Shown here: positions 1 through 9,819 of the stretch, in pieces
Position numbering within the stretch: position 1 is the stretch's first letter
Layout of the letters: each line of letters begins with the position of its first letter
Assembly: GCA_913057515.1 (NCBI GenBank)
Contig: CAJXOJ010000004.1
Span: 35,773-99,772, forward strand
DNA from: an uncultured Cycloclasticus sp.
GTDB lineage: Bacteria > Pseudomonadota > Gammaproteobacteria > Methylococcales > Cycloclasticaceae
DNA length: 64,000 bases
Reading direction: 5' to 3'
The notes under the pieces: model-generated
The model's input: the letters and a program-made list of their open reading frames with translations, nothing else
Told to the model about the DNA's origin: nothing
Database searches by the model: none
Program-made: the position numbers and the translations under genes

Positions 1-1
1 A

Positions 2-646
2 GGCGGTGGAAAATTGAGTGCGATGTCAATTGATGTCCCGGCAGATATTTCATCGGCTGCTTTTTTTCTAGTAGCCGCATCAATTACACCCAACTCTGAT
101 ATTACACTTGAGCACATCGGTATTAATGCAACACGTACCGGTGTACTGGATATTTTGTTAAAAATGGGTGCCGATATTCAGCTCTTAAATGAGCGAGAAG
201 TCGGTGGTGAAAAAGTCGCTGATATTAGAGTCAGAAGTCAACAGTTAAAAGGTATAGAGGTGCCTGAAAACCTTGTGGCTTTAGCGATAGATGAGTTTCC
301 AGTGATTTTTGTGGCAGCGGCATATGCTGAAGGTCAAACAGTGGTAACAGGTGCTGAAGAGTTGCGTGTTAAGGAAAGTGACCGAATTGAAACGATGGCG
401 AACGGTCTGCTGTCACTGGGTGTGGATGCTCAGGCAACAGCAGACGGCATGATTATAAATGGGGGGGCGGTGAATGGCGGTGAGATTGAAAGTTATGACG
501 ACCATCGTATAGCGATGGCATTTGCTGTTGCAGGTTTGCAGTGTGAAGGTGAAATTAAGATCAATAATTGTGAAAATGTTGCTACCTCGTTTCCTGATTT
601 TGTCGAACTGGCCTCGACATGTGGTTTTAACATAGAGGTTATATGA
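2..646 (+). CDS. aroA: 3-phosphoshikimate 1-carboxyvinyltransferase (EPSP synthase), 5'-truncated by window edge
   Basis: Motifs VPADISSAAFF, IDEFP, ELRVKESDRI, DDHRIAM; frame open from position 2; upstream of cmk. Confidence 0.97.
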   Translation, partial: GGGKLSAMSIDVPADISSAAFFLVAASITPNSDITLEHIGINATRTGVLDILLKMGADIQLLNEREVGGEKVADIRVRSQQLKGIEVPENLVALAIDEFPVIFVAAAYAEGQTVVTGAEELRVKESDRIETMANGLLSLGVDAQATADGMIINGGAVNGGEIESYDDHRIAMAFAVAGLQCEGEIKINNCENVATSFPDFVELASTCGFNIEVI

Positions 647-1317
647 CTCAGTTAATCCCTATTTTGACCATTGATGGTCCAAGTGGCTCAGGAAAAGGCT
701 CTATTTCAAAGTGTATTTCAGAAAAACTGGGCTGGCATTATTTGGATAGTGGCTCTTTGTATCGAGCACTAGGCATCGCGGCGATTAAAAATAATATTGA
801 TATCAACAATGAAGCGGCGCTAGTTGAGTTGATTGGTCGGGTTAACATAGAATTTAAGCGCACAGAGAAGGGCCATTGGGGTGTCTTATTGAATGGTGAG
901 GAGGTTCGAAGTCAATTAGCGACAGAAGAAGTTGGACAGCTGGCCTCAAAAATTGCAGTCTTTGAAAAAGTAAGACAGGGCTTGTTGGCTAAACAGCAAG
1001 CCTATCAAGCTATGCCAGGCTTAGTAGCCGATGGTCGTGATATGGGGAGTGTTGTGTTTCCAAACGCTGCTTATAAAGTCTATTTAACAGCCAGTGCTGA
1101 TGAGCGAGGAAAAAGGCGCTATAAGCAGTTGATTGAGAAAGGAATAAATGCTAATCTGCGCGATGTTGTTCAAGACATAGAGCAAAGAGATGAGCGTGAT
1201 AAAAATCGTGCGATGTCTCCGTTGGTTGTTCCGAATGATGCAGTCTATATAGATTCATCAGATAAGGCGATTGATGAGGTAGTACAGCAAGTTCTAAATT
1301 TGCTGAAGAACAAATAA
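643..1317 (+). CDS. cmk: Cytidylate kinase
   Basis: P-loop IDGPSGSGKG, LDSGSLYR, DGRDMG; aroA-cmk-rpsA synteny; ATGA overlap with aroA. Confidence 0.97.
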   Translation: MTQLIPILTIDGPSGSGKGSISKCISEKLGWHYLDSGSLYRALGIAAIKNNIDINNEAALVELIGRVNIEFKRTEKGHWGVLLNGEEVRSQLATEEVGQLASKIAVFEKVRQGLLAKQQAYQAMPGLVADGRDMGSVVFPNAAYKVYLTASADERGKRRYKQLIEKGINANLRDVVQDIEQRDERDKNRAMSPLVVPNDAVYIDSSDKAIDEVVQQVLNLLKNK

Positions 1318-1484
1318 GAATTGATTTAAGTGGATAAGGTACTCCATTTAATGAGATGTATCCCACCTGTGGGATAAAACGTGTTACAGAAACAAAGGTG
1401 GTTTGTGCTAATGGCTCAAGCCTTTTTTTAACTTAACCTTTTCTAAAAGTGACCTTATTTTTAGAAATTAATAAAGAGAACCTC

Positions 1485-3152
1485 ATGAGCGAAAATTTCG
1501 CAGAACTATTTGAAGAAAGTATTAAATCCGCTGAACTGATCCCCGGCACACTGATAACAGGCTTAGTCGTCGACATTACAAATGACTCAGTTATTGTGAA
1601 CGCTAACTTAAAATCTGAAGGCAATGTTCCACGCTGGCAGTTTGTTAACGCAAAGGGTGAACTTGAAGTTGCTATCGGCGATGAAGTTGAAGTTGTGTTG
1701 GACATGGTTGAAGATGGCCTCGGCTCAACACTATTATCAAGAGATAAAGCGAAGAAAGCAGCCGCTTGGAAATTCCTTGAGAAAGCAGCAGAAGAAAAAG
1801 AAACAGTTACAGGTGTTATCACTGGCAAAGTACGCGGTGGTTTCACAGTAGAAGTAGGTGGCTTAAGTGGCTTCTTACCAGGGTCACTTGTTGATGTTCG
1901 TCCTTTAAGAGACACCACTTTCTTAGAAGGCAAAGACTTAGAGTTCAAAGTCATTAAATTAGATGAAAAACGTAATAACGTTGTTGTTTCTCGTCGTGCT
2001 GTTCTAGAAACTGAATACAGTGCAGAACGTGAAGAATTGCTGAAAAATCTTAAAGAAGGTGCCATTCTTAAAGGGATGGTTAAAAACCTTACCGATTACG
2101 GTGCATTTATTGATTTGGGTGGCGTTGATGGCTTGCTACACATTACAGATATGGCTTGGAAGCGAGTTAAGCACCCTTCAGAAGTTATTGAAATTGGCCA
2201 AGATATTGAAGTATTGGTATTACGTTACGATGAAGAGAAAAAACGTGTTTCATTAGGCATGAAGCAATTAGGTGAAGATCCTTGGGTAAATATCTTAGAT
2301 CGTTACCCAGTAAACTCTAAGTTAAGCGGTAGAGTTACTAACTTAACTGACTATGGTTGCTTTATTGAGATTGAAGACGGCATTGAAGGTTTAGTCCATG
2401 TGTCAGAAATGGATTGGACTAATAAAAATGTTAACCCAGCTAAGATTGTTTCTTTGGGTGATGAAGTCGAGGTAATGGTGCTTGAGATTGACGATACACG
2501 TCGTCGTATTTCACTGGGTATGAAACAGTGTAAAGGCAACCCATGGGAAGATTTCTCAGCTATTCACAAGAAAGGCGACAAGATTAAAGGCCTTATTAAA
2601 TCAATTACTGACTTTGGCGTATTTATTGGCTTGGATGGTGATATTGATGGTTTGGTGCATTTGTCTGATATTTCTTGGGATGAAAAAACCGAAGAAGACC
2701 TTCAGCATTACAAGAAAGGCATGGAAATTGAAACAGTCATTCTAGCGATTGACTCTGATCGTGAAAGAATTTCACTGGGCATCAAGCAATTAGAGCAAGA
2801 CCCATTCCAAGAGTTCTTAGCGTCTAACGAAAAAAATAGCTTAGTAAAAGGTACTGTCAAGGAAGTGGATGCTAAAGGTGCTGTTATTACCCTAGCTGAT
2901 GGAATTGAAGGTTACTTACGTGCGTCTGAATTGAATCGCGACCGTGTGGATGATGCAAGAAACATTCTAACGGAAGGTGATGAGGTTGAAGCTAAATTCA
3001 TCGGAATTGATCGTAAAAACAAAACGATTAATTTATCCGTGAAAGCTAAAGATGATGATGAAGAAAAAGCAGTATTGAGTGATTACTCCGCTCAGAATGC
3101 AAGCACTCCAACCCTGGGTGATATCTTCAAAAACTCAATGGATGACAAGTAA
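1485..3152 (+). CDS. rpsA: 30S ribosomal protein S1
   Basis: Repeated S1 domains ([27 protein letters not shown]); start moved to ATG 1485 ([12 protein letters not shown], typical S1 N-terminus). Confidence 0.98.
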   Translation: MSENFAELFEESIKSAELIPGTLITGLVVDITNDSVIVNANLKSEGNVPRWQFVNAKGELEVAIGDEVEVVLDMVEDGLGSTLLSRDKAKKAAAWKFLEKAAEEKETVTGVITGKVRGGFTVEVGGLSGFLPGSLVDVRPLRDTTFLEGKDLEFKVIKLDEKRNNVVVSRRAVLETEYSAEREELLKNLKEGAILKGMVKNLTDYGAFIDLGGVDGLLHITDMAWKRVKHPSEVIEIGQDIEVLVLRYDEEKKRVSLGMKQLGEDPWVNILDRYPVNSKLSGRVTNLTDYGCFIEIEDGIEGLVHVSEMDWTNKNVNPAKIVSLGDEVEVMVLEIDDTRRRISLGMKQCKGNPWEDFSAIHKKGDKIKGLIKSITDFGVFIGLDGDIDGLVHLSDISWDEKTEEDLQHYKKGMEIETVILAIDSDRERISLGIKQLEQDPFQEFLASNEKNSLVKGTVKEVDAKGAVITLADGIEGYLRASELNRDRVDDARNILTEGDEVEAKFIGIDRKNKTINLSVKAKDDDEEKAVLSDYSAQNASTPTLGDIFKNSMDDK

Positions 3153-3160
3153 AACGATTT

Positions 3161-3195
3161 GAAATTAAGCGGGGTTTAATGCCCCGCTTAATTTC
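3161..3195 (+). terminator. Hairpin after rpsA (terminator or stabilising stem)
   Basis: Perfect 14-bp inverted repeat GAAATTAAGCGGGG/CCCCGCTTAATTTC, 7-nt loop, weak U-tract. Confidence 0.7.
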
Positions 3196-3211
3196 GATTT
3201 AAGGTGGTTAT

Positions 3212-3514
3212 GTGACAAAGTCAGAATTAATTGAAAAGTTAGCAGATCAACAGATCCATTTGCCCTATAAAGATGTTGAACTGGCGGTTAAATGTATCCT
3301 TGAAAGAATGAGCCGTGCGTTGTCGTCTGGTGAAAGAATTGAAATTAGAGGGTTTGGTAGTTTTTCATTACACTACAGACCACCGAGAGTTGGGCGTAAC
3401 CCAAAAAATGGTGAATCAGTAGCTCTTTCGGGAAAACATGTGCCACATTTTAAGCCTGGTAAAGAGCTTAGAGCAAGGGTTGATGAAGCAAAAGAAAATT
3501 ACCGAATTAAATAA
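3212..3514 (+). CDS. ihfB: Integration host factor subunit beta
   Basis: [41 protein letters not shown]; follows rpsA. Confidence 0.97.
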   Translation: MTKSELIEKLADQQIHLPYKDVELAVKCILERMSRALSSGERIEIRGFGSFSLHYRPPRVGRNPKNGESVALSGKHVPHFKPGKELRARVDEAKENYRIK

Positions 3515-3543
3515 AAAAGCCCCTTTACAGGGGCTTTTTTATT
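3510..3543. terminator. Intrinsic terminator, likely bidirectional
   Basis: AAAAAAGCCCCT-TTAC-AGGGGCTTTTTT. Confidence 0.9.
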
Positions 3544-3634
3544 ACATGAAGAAAAAAGTTCATTAATACTTGGGCTTGCTATAATCAAGTAACGATTTAT
3601 TTTGACATAATGAGGATAAGTTCAAAGGATTGTG

Positions 3635-3925
3635 ATGAAAATTTTATATTTAATATTTTTCGTACTAATTTTAGTGATAGGTTTCGTGCTTGCTATTTTA
3701 AATTCTGCACCTATCAATATTAATTATTATTATGGCTGGATAGAAATACCGTTATCATTTGCACTACTGGGCTCGTTTATTATTGGTGCACTAATGGGTC
3801 TAGCGTCTAAAGTTTGGAGTAATTGGGTGTTACGTCAACGCTATGTAAAGTTATCAAAACAGGCGGAATTGACAAAAAAAGAAGTTAGCAATTTAAGAAC
3901 GTATCCTGCAAAACAATTAAACTAA
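3635..3925 (+). CDS. lapA: Lipopolysaccharide assembly protein A (LapA family)
   Basis: Two hydrophobic segments and a basic coiled tail; between ihfB and lapB; ATG 3635 (GTG 3632 alternative). Confidence 0.82.
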   Translation: MKILYLIFFVLILVIGFVLAILNSAPININYYYGWIEIPLSFALLGSFIIGALMGLASKVWSNWVLRQRYVKLSKQAELTKKEVSNLRTYPAKQLN

Positions 3926-5065
3926 ATGTTTGAAATTGTAATCATGCTGTTACCTGTAGCGGCAGCTAGTGGATGGTACGTTGCGTCAACACATTACAAA
4001 TCTAAAACTAAGAAGCCTTCAAATGAGTATGAGGGTTACTTTAAAGGCTTAAACTACCTTCTAAATGAGCAGCCTGACAAGGCGATCGATGTTTTTATTA
4101 ACTTATTAGAGGTTGATGATGAAACAATAGAAACTCATTTGGCGCTGGGTACGCTGTTCCGTCAGCGTGGTGAAGTTGAAAAGGCTATACGCTTACACCA
4201 AAACCTCATTGCACGGCCTCAAATCAGTCATCAAATAAGAACTAACCTTTTAAATGAGCTAGGTCTTGATTATATGCGAGCGGGTCTGCTTGACCGTGCT
4301 GAAAGTATTTTTCTTGAATTAGAAAAAGAACCATTGCACCAAGTCCATGCTCTTCAGCAACTTTTGTCTATTTTTCAGCAGGAAAAAGAATGGTTAAATG
4401 CGATAGAGTATTTGAATAAGCTGGAGTTAATGCTAAATCAGAAGCAGCCTATTTTGTTGTCTCATTTACATTGTGAGGCGGCACTACTTTATCAAGAAAA
4501 AAATGAAGTATTGAGTACAACAAAATATTTAAGAAAAGCACTAAAAATTGACCCTAAGTGTGTAAGAGCAAACCTTATTAGTGCGGAGATTGCCATTGAT
4601 AACGCTGAGTTTAAGCAAGCTATTAAATACTTACTAAAAATCAAGGATCAGGATGTGAGGTTCGTACCGGTCTTCATTGATTTGATCATTAATTGTTATG
4701 AGCAGTTAGGTAAACCTAAACAAACTTTTGAGTTCCTTGCTGAACTTCAAAAGTATAATGAATCTACGGGTGTTATGAGTCGTTTTCTTGAGGTATTGCT
4801 CAAGCAAAAAGGGGCAGCAGAAGCATCTGAATTTATGCGTGAAAAGCTAGTAAAGTACCCGACTAAAAGTTACCTAAAACTATATGCACAGATTGATAAT
4901 GGGCAAATTAATGATGAAGCTACATTTTTGAGAACAATTATAAATCAGCTTGATGAGGAATTGCCTAGTTTTAAGTGTCAGCAATGTGGTTTTAGCTCTG
5001 TGGATTTAAATTGGTGTTGTCCCAGTTGTAAGCAATGGGGAGTTATAGAGCCTGTGCTCGTGTAA
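3926..5065 (+). CDS. lapB: Lipopolysaccharide assembly protein B
   Basis: N-terminal TM, YFKGLNYLLNEQPDKAID, TPR repeats, C-terminal rubredoxin CxxC...CPSC. Confidence 0.95.
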   Translation: MFEIVIMLLPVAAASGWYVASTHYKSKTKKPSNEYEGYFKGLNYLLNEQPDKAIDVFINLLEVDDETIETHLALGTLFRQRGEVEKAIRLHQNLIARPQISHQIRTNLLNELGLDYMRAGLLDRAESIFLELEKEPLHQVHALQQLLSIFQQEKEWLNAIEYLNKLELMLNQKQPILLSHLHCEAALLYQEKNEVLSTTKYLRKALKIDPKCVRANLISAEIAIDNAEFKQAIKYLLKIKDQDVRFVPVFIDLIINCYEQLGKPKQTFEFLAELQKYNESTGVMSRFLEVLLKQKGAAEASEFMREKLVKYPTKSYLKLYAQIDNGQINDEATFLRTIINQLDEELPSFKCQQCGFSSVDLNWCCPSCKQWGVIEPVLV

Positions 5066-5187
5066 GACTCTGCGTACGCTTTTTCTGATAATAATTTAAA
5101 CAAATGCTGATAGGCATAAAGCTTTAATTTTGTCAGAGTGAACCTGCTTTAGAATTAAATTTTAATTAATTATAAATAGGGACATTT

Positions 5188-5451
5188 ATGAAAAATACTA
5201 TGATGTTATTAGTTGGTGTGCTTTGCTTCAGCTTTTCTATCGTTAGTTTTGCTGTAAACGTTAATACAGCTATGGCTAAAGAGATTGCTAAAGAGCTTAA
5301 AGGTGTAGGTGCTGCAAAAGCGGAGGCTATCGTTTTATACCGTCAAGAGCACGGTGCTTTTAAAAGTTTAAAGGAGCTCACTAAAGTCAAAGGGATTGGA
5401 GCATCAACCGTCGATAAAAATCGTGAGAATATAGAATTAGACGCTAATTAG
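5188..5451 (+). CDS. comEA: ComEA-family helix-hairpin-helix DNA-binding protein, exported
   Basis: Signal peptide, VNVNTA, LKGVGAAKAEAIV, VKGIG. Confidence 0.9.
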   Translation: MKNTMMLLVGVLCFSFSIVSFAVNVNTAMAKEIAKELKGVGAAKAEAIVLYRQEHGAFKSLKELTKVKGIGASTVDKNRENIELDAN

Positions 5452-5466
5452 TTACATTAGTTAATC

Positions 5467-5497
5467 TAAAAAAGCCCTGCTTGACAGGGCTTTTTTA
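5467..5497. terminator. Intrinsic terminator, likely bidirectional
   Basis: TAAAAAAGCCCTG-CTTGA-CAGGGCTTTTTTA between convergent comEA and fadD. Confidence 0.9.
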
Positions 5498-5697
5498 TGT
5501 ATTTAAAGCGACATTTCATTTAAGCTTGTAACAGTATCAGTAGGGTGCTAGGTAATGATGCGTGTCTAGCAAAGTTGATATTTCTATAATTTAGTTACTG
5601 TAGAGAAAGTATCACTGATCATATGAATCCTTATAACGTGATATGCGCTCGCTTTACATTAAGGTTAACTCAAAGCAGAAATGAAGTGAACCTCTTG

Positions 5698-7365
5698 TTA
5701 TAAAGACTTTAACTCTCGCCTTAAAACCTTCCCAACATTTGTTTTAGGTAACTCGTGAATAAAAACAATTTTGTTGGGTACTTTGTATGCGGTTAGGTTT
5801 TTTTTACAGTATTCGAGTAACTCAGCTTCAGTCAGCGACATTTCTTTTTTTACAACAAAGGCTTTTACAGCTTCACCTTGTTTTTTATCGGTTACTCCAA
5901 TAACGCCACACTCTAAAACGCCTTCATGCTCAACAATAACGTTCTCAATTTCGTTTGGATACACATTAAAGCCAGAGACTAAAATCATATCTTTAATTCG
6001 GTCGACAATATAAAAGTAGCCAGCGCCATCCATTTTCGCAATGTCTCCAGTTTTAAGCCAACCATCTTTGGTAAAAGCGTTAGCAGTTTCCTCAGGAAGG
6101 TTCCAATAGCCCTGCATAACTTGAGGTCCTTTCACGCACAACTCTCCAGCCTCATTGGAGGTGATTTCTTTACCTTCAGTGTCTATCAGTTTGCAATAGG
6201 TAGAAGAAATAGGTAGCCCTATACTGCCGTTATAGGCGTTAAGTTTTAATGGGTTAATGCATACGGCTGGCGATGTTTCAGTTAGACCAAATGCCTCAAC
6301 AAGCGTACAGCCGGTAATTTGTTTCCATTGGGCTGCAACAGCAGGTTGTACCGACATGCCTCCACCAAGTGATATTTTAAGTTGAGAAAAGTTAATATCA
6401 TGAAAACCGGGAGTATTAATTAGGGCATTAAAGAGTGTATTGACGCCTGTTATTGCAGTAAAGGGTGTGTTGTTCAGTTCTTTTATAAACCCTTTGAAAT
6501 CTCGTGGGTTAGTAATCAACACATTTTCTGCTCCGGCCTTTATAAAAACTAGACAGTTGGCAGTTAAAGAGAAGATGTGATACAGCGGTATGGCGGTGAT
6601 GATGGTCTCTTTGCCTGGTATCACTTCATTTTTTATCCACTCTGATGCCTGCAACATATTAGCGAGCATGTTTTTATGCGTTAACATGGCGCCTTTAGCA
6701 ACTCCCGTTGTACCACCGGTGTATTGCAAAAAGGCAATATCATCATGAGCTAACGGTATCGTTGTAAGATCTTGTTTTGAGCCTTCAGATAAGACGGTTT
6801 TAAATGAAATGGCGTTGGGTAAAGAAAAACGAGGCACCATTTTCTTAACGTATTTAACGACTAAGTTGATGAGCAGGGATTTAGGAAAATCAAGCATATC
6901 ACCCATTTTGGTGACGATAATGTGCTCAACATTCGTGTCATTAACTACCTCTTGAACAGTGCAAGCGAAGTTTTCAACAACGATAATAGCTTTGGCACCA
7001 GAGTCTTTAAGTTGATGACGCAATTCGCGGGCAGTATAAAGAGGGTTAGTATTAACGACGGTTAAACCAGCTCGTAGAGCGCCAAATATTGAGACGGGGT
7101 TTTGTAACAGATTTGGCATCATAATCGCAATACGATCGCCTTTTGTAAGCCCTAGAGTGTTTTGTAGATAAGACGCTACACAGGCAGTTGCTTGTTCAAA
7201 CTGAGAATATGACAGGGTAGTGCCGAAGTTGCTGAAGGCTGGTTGGTTGGCAAACTCTTGTACACTTTTTCCAAATATATCAATGATTGAACTGTACTGG
7301 TCGATCTCAATATCAAGGTCAGCACGGACACCGTCGGGATAGCTTTTTAACCATGGCCTTTCCAT
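5698..7365 (-). CDS. fadD: Long-chain-fatty-acid--CoA ligase
   Basis: AMP-binding LQYTGGTTGVAKG, FGLTETSP, GWLKTGD, VSGFNVYPNEIE. Confidence 0.93.
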   Translation of the reverse strand: MERPWLKSYPDGVRADLDIEIDQYSSIIDIFGKSVQEFANQPAFSNFGTTLSYSQFEQATACVASYLQNTLGLTKGDRIAIMMPNLLQNPVSIFGALRAGLTVVNTNPLYTARELRHQLKDSGAKAIIVVENFACTVQEVVNDTNVEHIIVTKMGDMLDFPKSLLINLVVKYVKKMVPRFSLPNAISFKTVLSEGSKQDLTTIPLAHDDIAFLQYTGGTTGVAKGAMLTHKNMLANMLQASEWIKNEVIPGKETIITAIPLYHIFSLTANCLVFIKAGAENVLITNPRDFKGFIKELNNTPFTAITGVNTLFNALINTPGFHDINFSQLKISLGGGMSVQPAVAAQWKQITGCTLVEAFGLTETSPAVCINPLKLNAYNGSIGLPISSTYCKLIDTEGKEITSNEAGELCVKGPQVMQGYWNLPEETANAFTKDGWLKTGDIAKMDGAGYFYIVDRIKDMILVSGFNVYPNEIENVIVEHEGVLECGVIGVTDKKQGEAVKAFVVKKEMSLTEAELLEYCKKNLTAYKVPNKIVFIHELPKTNVGKVLRRELKSL

Positions 7366-7467
7366 ATGTTCTCCTGATAAGTTAGAGGGTGTTTTTATTA
7401 TTCTGTTTGATGTTAGTGCGCATAAAAATTATCGATAGAGAGTATTTTAAATGGAACATGTAATAAT

Positions 7468-8856
7468 TTACATCTCCCAGCGTAGTTGTGCACTTAATAT
7501 ATCGGCATCAGATTCGTAGCTGCCGTTGAGTGTTTCGTCCGTTGCACCTAGGCGATCTATTTTAGTGTCGGGGACAAAAAGGTGCGCGTAACCAGCATCA
7601 ATGGAGAGGCTTTCAGAAAGCTGATAGCTTGCACCAACTGTTAGCCAATAACGGTCATTATCTGGAAAACGTGGTGAACGGGAGTGCTGGTCGGTAGCGG
7701 CTCCCTCATCATATGCAAAGCCTGTTCGGTATGTCCACGGGCCATTTGTAGTATAGGTGGCACCAATCGACAGACGAATATTATCTTTTAATTTTAACTC
7801 TTCAATGGAAGGGGTTTTAGATGGGTTGTCATAATGAATAGCAAGCTCGGGTACAGAACTCCAACCAATCCATGTAGCGTCAGCCATGAGGGCTACTCGA
7901 TCGTTCCATTGGTGATGGATGCTTAAGGATGCGCTAGCAGGCAAGTTTGGCTGGGTGTTTATGCTCGTGTCTGCAAAGACCCCAGCTAATACTGGGCCAA
8001 CAGGAGCACCGGCTGCTGGGCCGGCAGGTATAACCGTCATGTCATTGGTGACAGTGGATGGAATAGTGAAATCCGCATCGCCTTCTAATTCATGCCGAAC
8101 TTCTGAGCGGTAAGCTAAACCAACACGAGTTTGTTCTGAGAGTTGGTAGAGAGCACCCATATTAAAGCCAAATGAAATATCATCTCCTTCAAGTTGAGCA
8201 AAGCCATCATTAGTTGCTGAGCCCGGTGCTCCGCCGCAAGTTGAGGCGGTATAGCTGGTTGAATAACAAACAGTGGTAAAATCAATTTTATTGTTTAATG
8301 TTGCGTCAATGTATTGAATGCTAACTCCAAGGCCTAAGGAAAGATTTGTTGTGGCTTTCCATGCAATGGAGGGGTTTGCATTCACTGTAATAATCTCTGA
8401 CTCGATGGCCTGATATTTACCAGACCAATCATTATTGTATTTTGTAGCCATGCCCATAGGTGAGTTAATACCAATACCAACTTTTAGCTCATTATTTAAG
8501 CTGTGAACATAATAAAAGTTGGGAACAATAGCGAAACGCCCGCCATCATTTGAAGTGTCTGCAGTGATAGGAGTGCCTAGTCCAGTTGAGCTTCCTTCAT
8601 CATTAAAATCAAACGATGGGGCAATAAAATGTGTGCCAAGCACCAATTGATTGCCCTTAATACGAGTCATGCCGGCTGGGTTAAACCAAATAGTAGATGC
8701 ATCTTCAGCAGAAGCAGCACCACCAGCAAAGGCATTACCAATCCCAAGGGCGCTTTGTTCGGCTATACCAAAAGCAGCTGAATAAGCCAAAGGTGAGATA
8801 AAAGGGGTTATCAAGGTAATCGATAAAGAGAGATCCTTAAATAGGGAGTGTTTCAT
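7468..8856 (-). CDS. fadL: FadL/TodX/TbuX-family outer-membrane transporter for fatty acids or hydrocarbons
   Basis: Signal peptide; hatch EQSA..G.AFAG, DASTIWFNPAGMT; PDNDR motif; beta-strand C-terminus. Confidence 0.9.
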   Translation of the reverse strand: MKHSLFKDLSLSITLITPFISPLAYSAAFGIAEQSALGIGNAFAGGAASAEDASTIWFNPAGMTRIKGNQLVLGTHFIAPSFDFNDEGSSTGLGTPITADTSNDGGRFAIVPNFYYVHSLNNELKVGIGINSPMGMATKYNNDWSGKYQAIESEIITVNANPSIAWKATTNLSLGLGVSIQYIDATLNNKIDFTTVCYSTSYTASTCGGAPGSATNDGFAQLEGDDISFGFNMGALYQLSEQTRVGLAYRSEVRHELEGDADFTIPSTVTNDMTVIPAGPAAGAPVGPVLAGVFADTSINTQPNLPASASLSIHHQWNDRVALMADATWIGWSSVPELAIHYDNPSKTPSIEELKLKDNIRLSIGATYTTNGPWTYRTGFAYDEGAATDQHSRSPRFPDNDRYWLTVGASYQLSESLSIDAGYAHLFVPDTKIDRLGATDETLNGSYESDADILSAQLRWEM

Positions 8857-9006
8857 GCTGTGCTCTCCAGTTAATGTATTGTTTTTATTTTACTTTTGCT
8901 TCTCTTGCTCTGTTTTATCTAAATTATTGAAAGAGGTCAATTTTTGTTGCAAAAGAATAAAATCAAAGACACTATGTTTTTATCTAAATTGAAAGGGAAT
9001 CAATGA

Positions 9007-9798
9007 ATGTCATCCGTGTTAGTTGAAAAGAAGGGGAGTATTGCTTGGCTTATTTTAAATCAACCTGAAAAGCTTAATGTATTGGGTCAAGAAATGCCTA
9101 AGGATCTTATGCGCTGTACTGAGGAGTTGAAGAGTGATGATCAGATTAAGTGTGTGGTTATCACAGGGGCAGGAGATCACTTTATGGCCGGAGGCGATAT
9201 CGATTACTTCAAATCGCTTGTTGATGCTTATGCAATAGAGGGTGAGTCGGCTTTACCCAGTGAGATGTTTGATCATTTGCATCAAGCGATACTTAATATT
9301 GTGACCATGCGAAAACCGGTGATTGCCAGTGTTAAAGGTGCTGTTGCTGGGTTTGGCTTAAGTTTAATGCTAGCGTGTGACCTAGTGGTGGCTGCTGAAA
9401 ATACAGTGTTTTCGGTTGCCTATTGCAAAATTGGTACAACACCTGATGGTGGTATGAGTTACTTTTTACCACGAGCAGTTGGTCAAAAAAGAGCGATGGA
9501 GTTGGCTTTGACAGGGCAACGATTCACAGCCGAGCAAGCTGAGCGGTGGGGAATGCTTAATAAGGTTGTTGCAACTGAGTTATTAGAATCAGCAACCGCT
9601 GATTTGGCTGGCCAATTAAGTAAAGGGCCGGCAGATGTTTTGGCGAGAACAAAACAGTTACTCAACCAAACTTATGATATCAGTCTAAGGGGCCGACTAG
9701 ATGAAGAAGCCGATAACTTTTATTCTAGTATGTTGAAAGCAGATTTTGCCGAAGGTGTGACATCGTTTTGTGAGAGGCGGCCTGCAAAGTTTAAATAA
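9007..9798 (+). CDS. Enoyl-CoA hydratase/isomerase (crotonase family, PaaG-like)
   Basis: FMAGGDI oxyanion motif, GAVAGFGLSLMLACD, PDGGMSYFLPR. Confidence 0.9.
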   Translation: MSSVLVEKKGSIAWLILNQPEKLNVLGQEMPKDLMRCTEELKSDDQIKCVVITGAGDHFMAGGDIDYFKSLVDAYAIEGESALPSEMFDHLHQAILNIVTMRKPVIASVKGAVAGFGLSLMLACDLVVAAENTVFSVAYCKIGTTPDGGMSYFLPRAVGQKRAMELALTGQRFTAEQAERWGMLNKVVATELLESATADLAGQLSKGPADVLARTKQLLNQTYDISLRGRLDEEADNFYSSMLKADFAEGVTSFCERRPAKFK

Positions 9799-9819
9799 TG
9801 GATAGAACGAGAGGTTTAA

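Noticed and set aside
1433-2065. 210-aa antisense ORF, plus many other 60-150 aa antisense or off-frame ORFs in the track
   Set aside because: They lie within well-supported genes (rpsA, radA, fliF, oadB, ccoN and others) and show no motifs or RBS; expected shadows of codon bias
5500-5697. Possible sRNA between comEA and fadD
   Set aside because: Only weak, imperfect hairpins and no clear promoter-terminator pair
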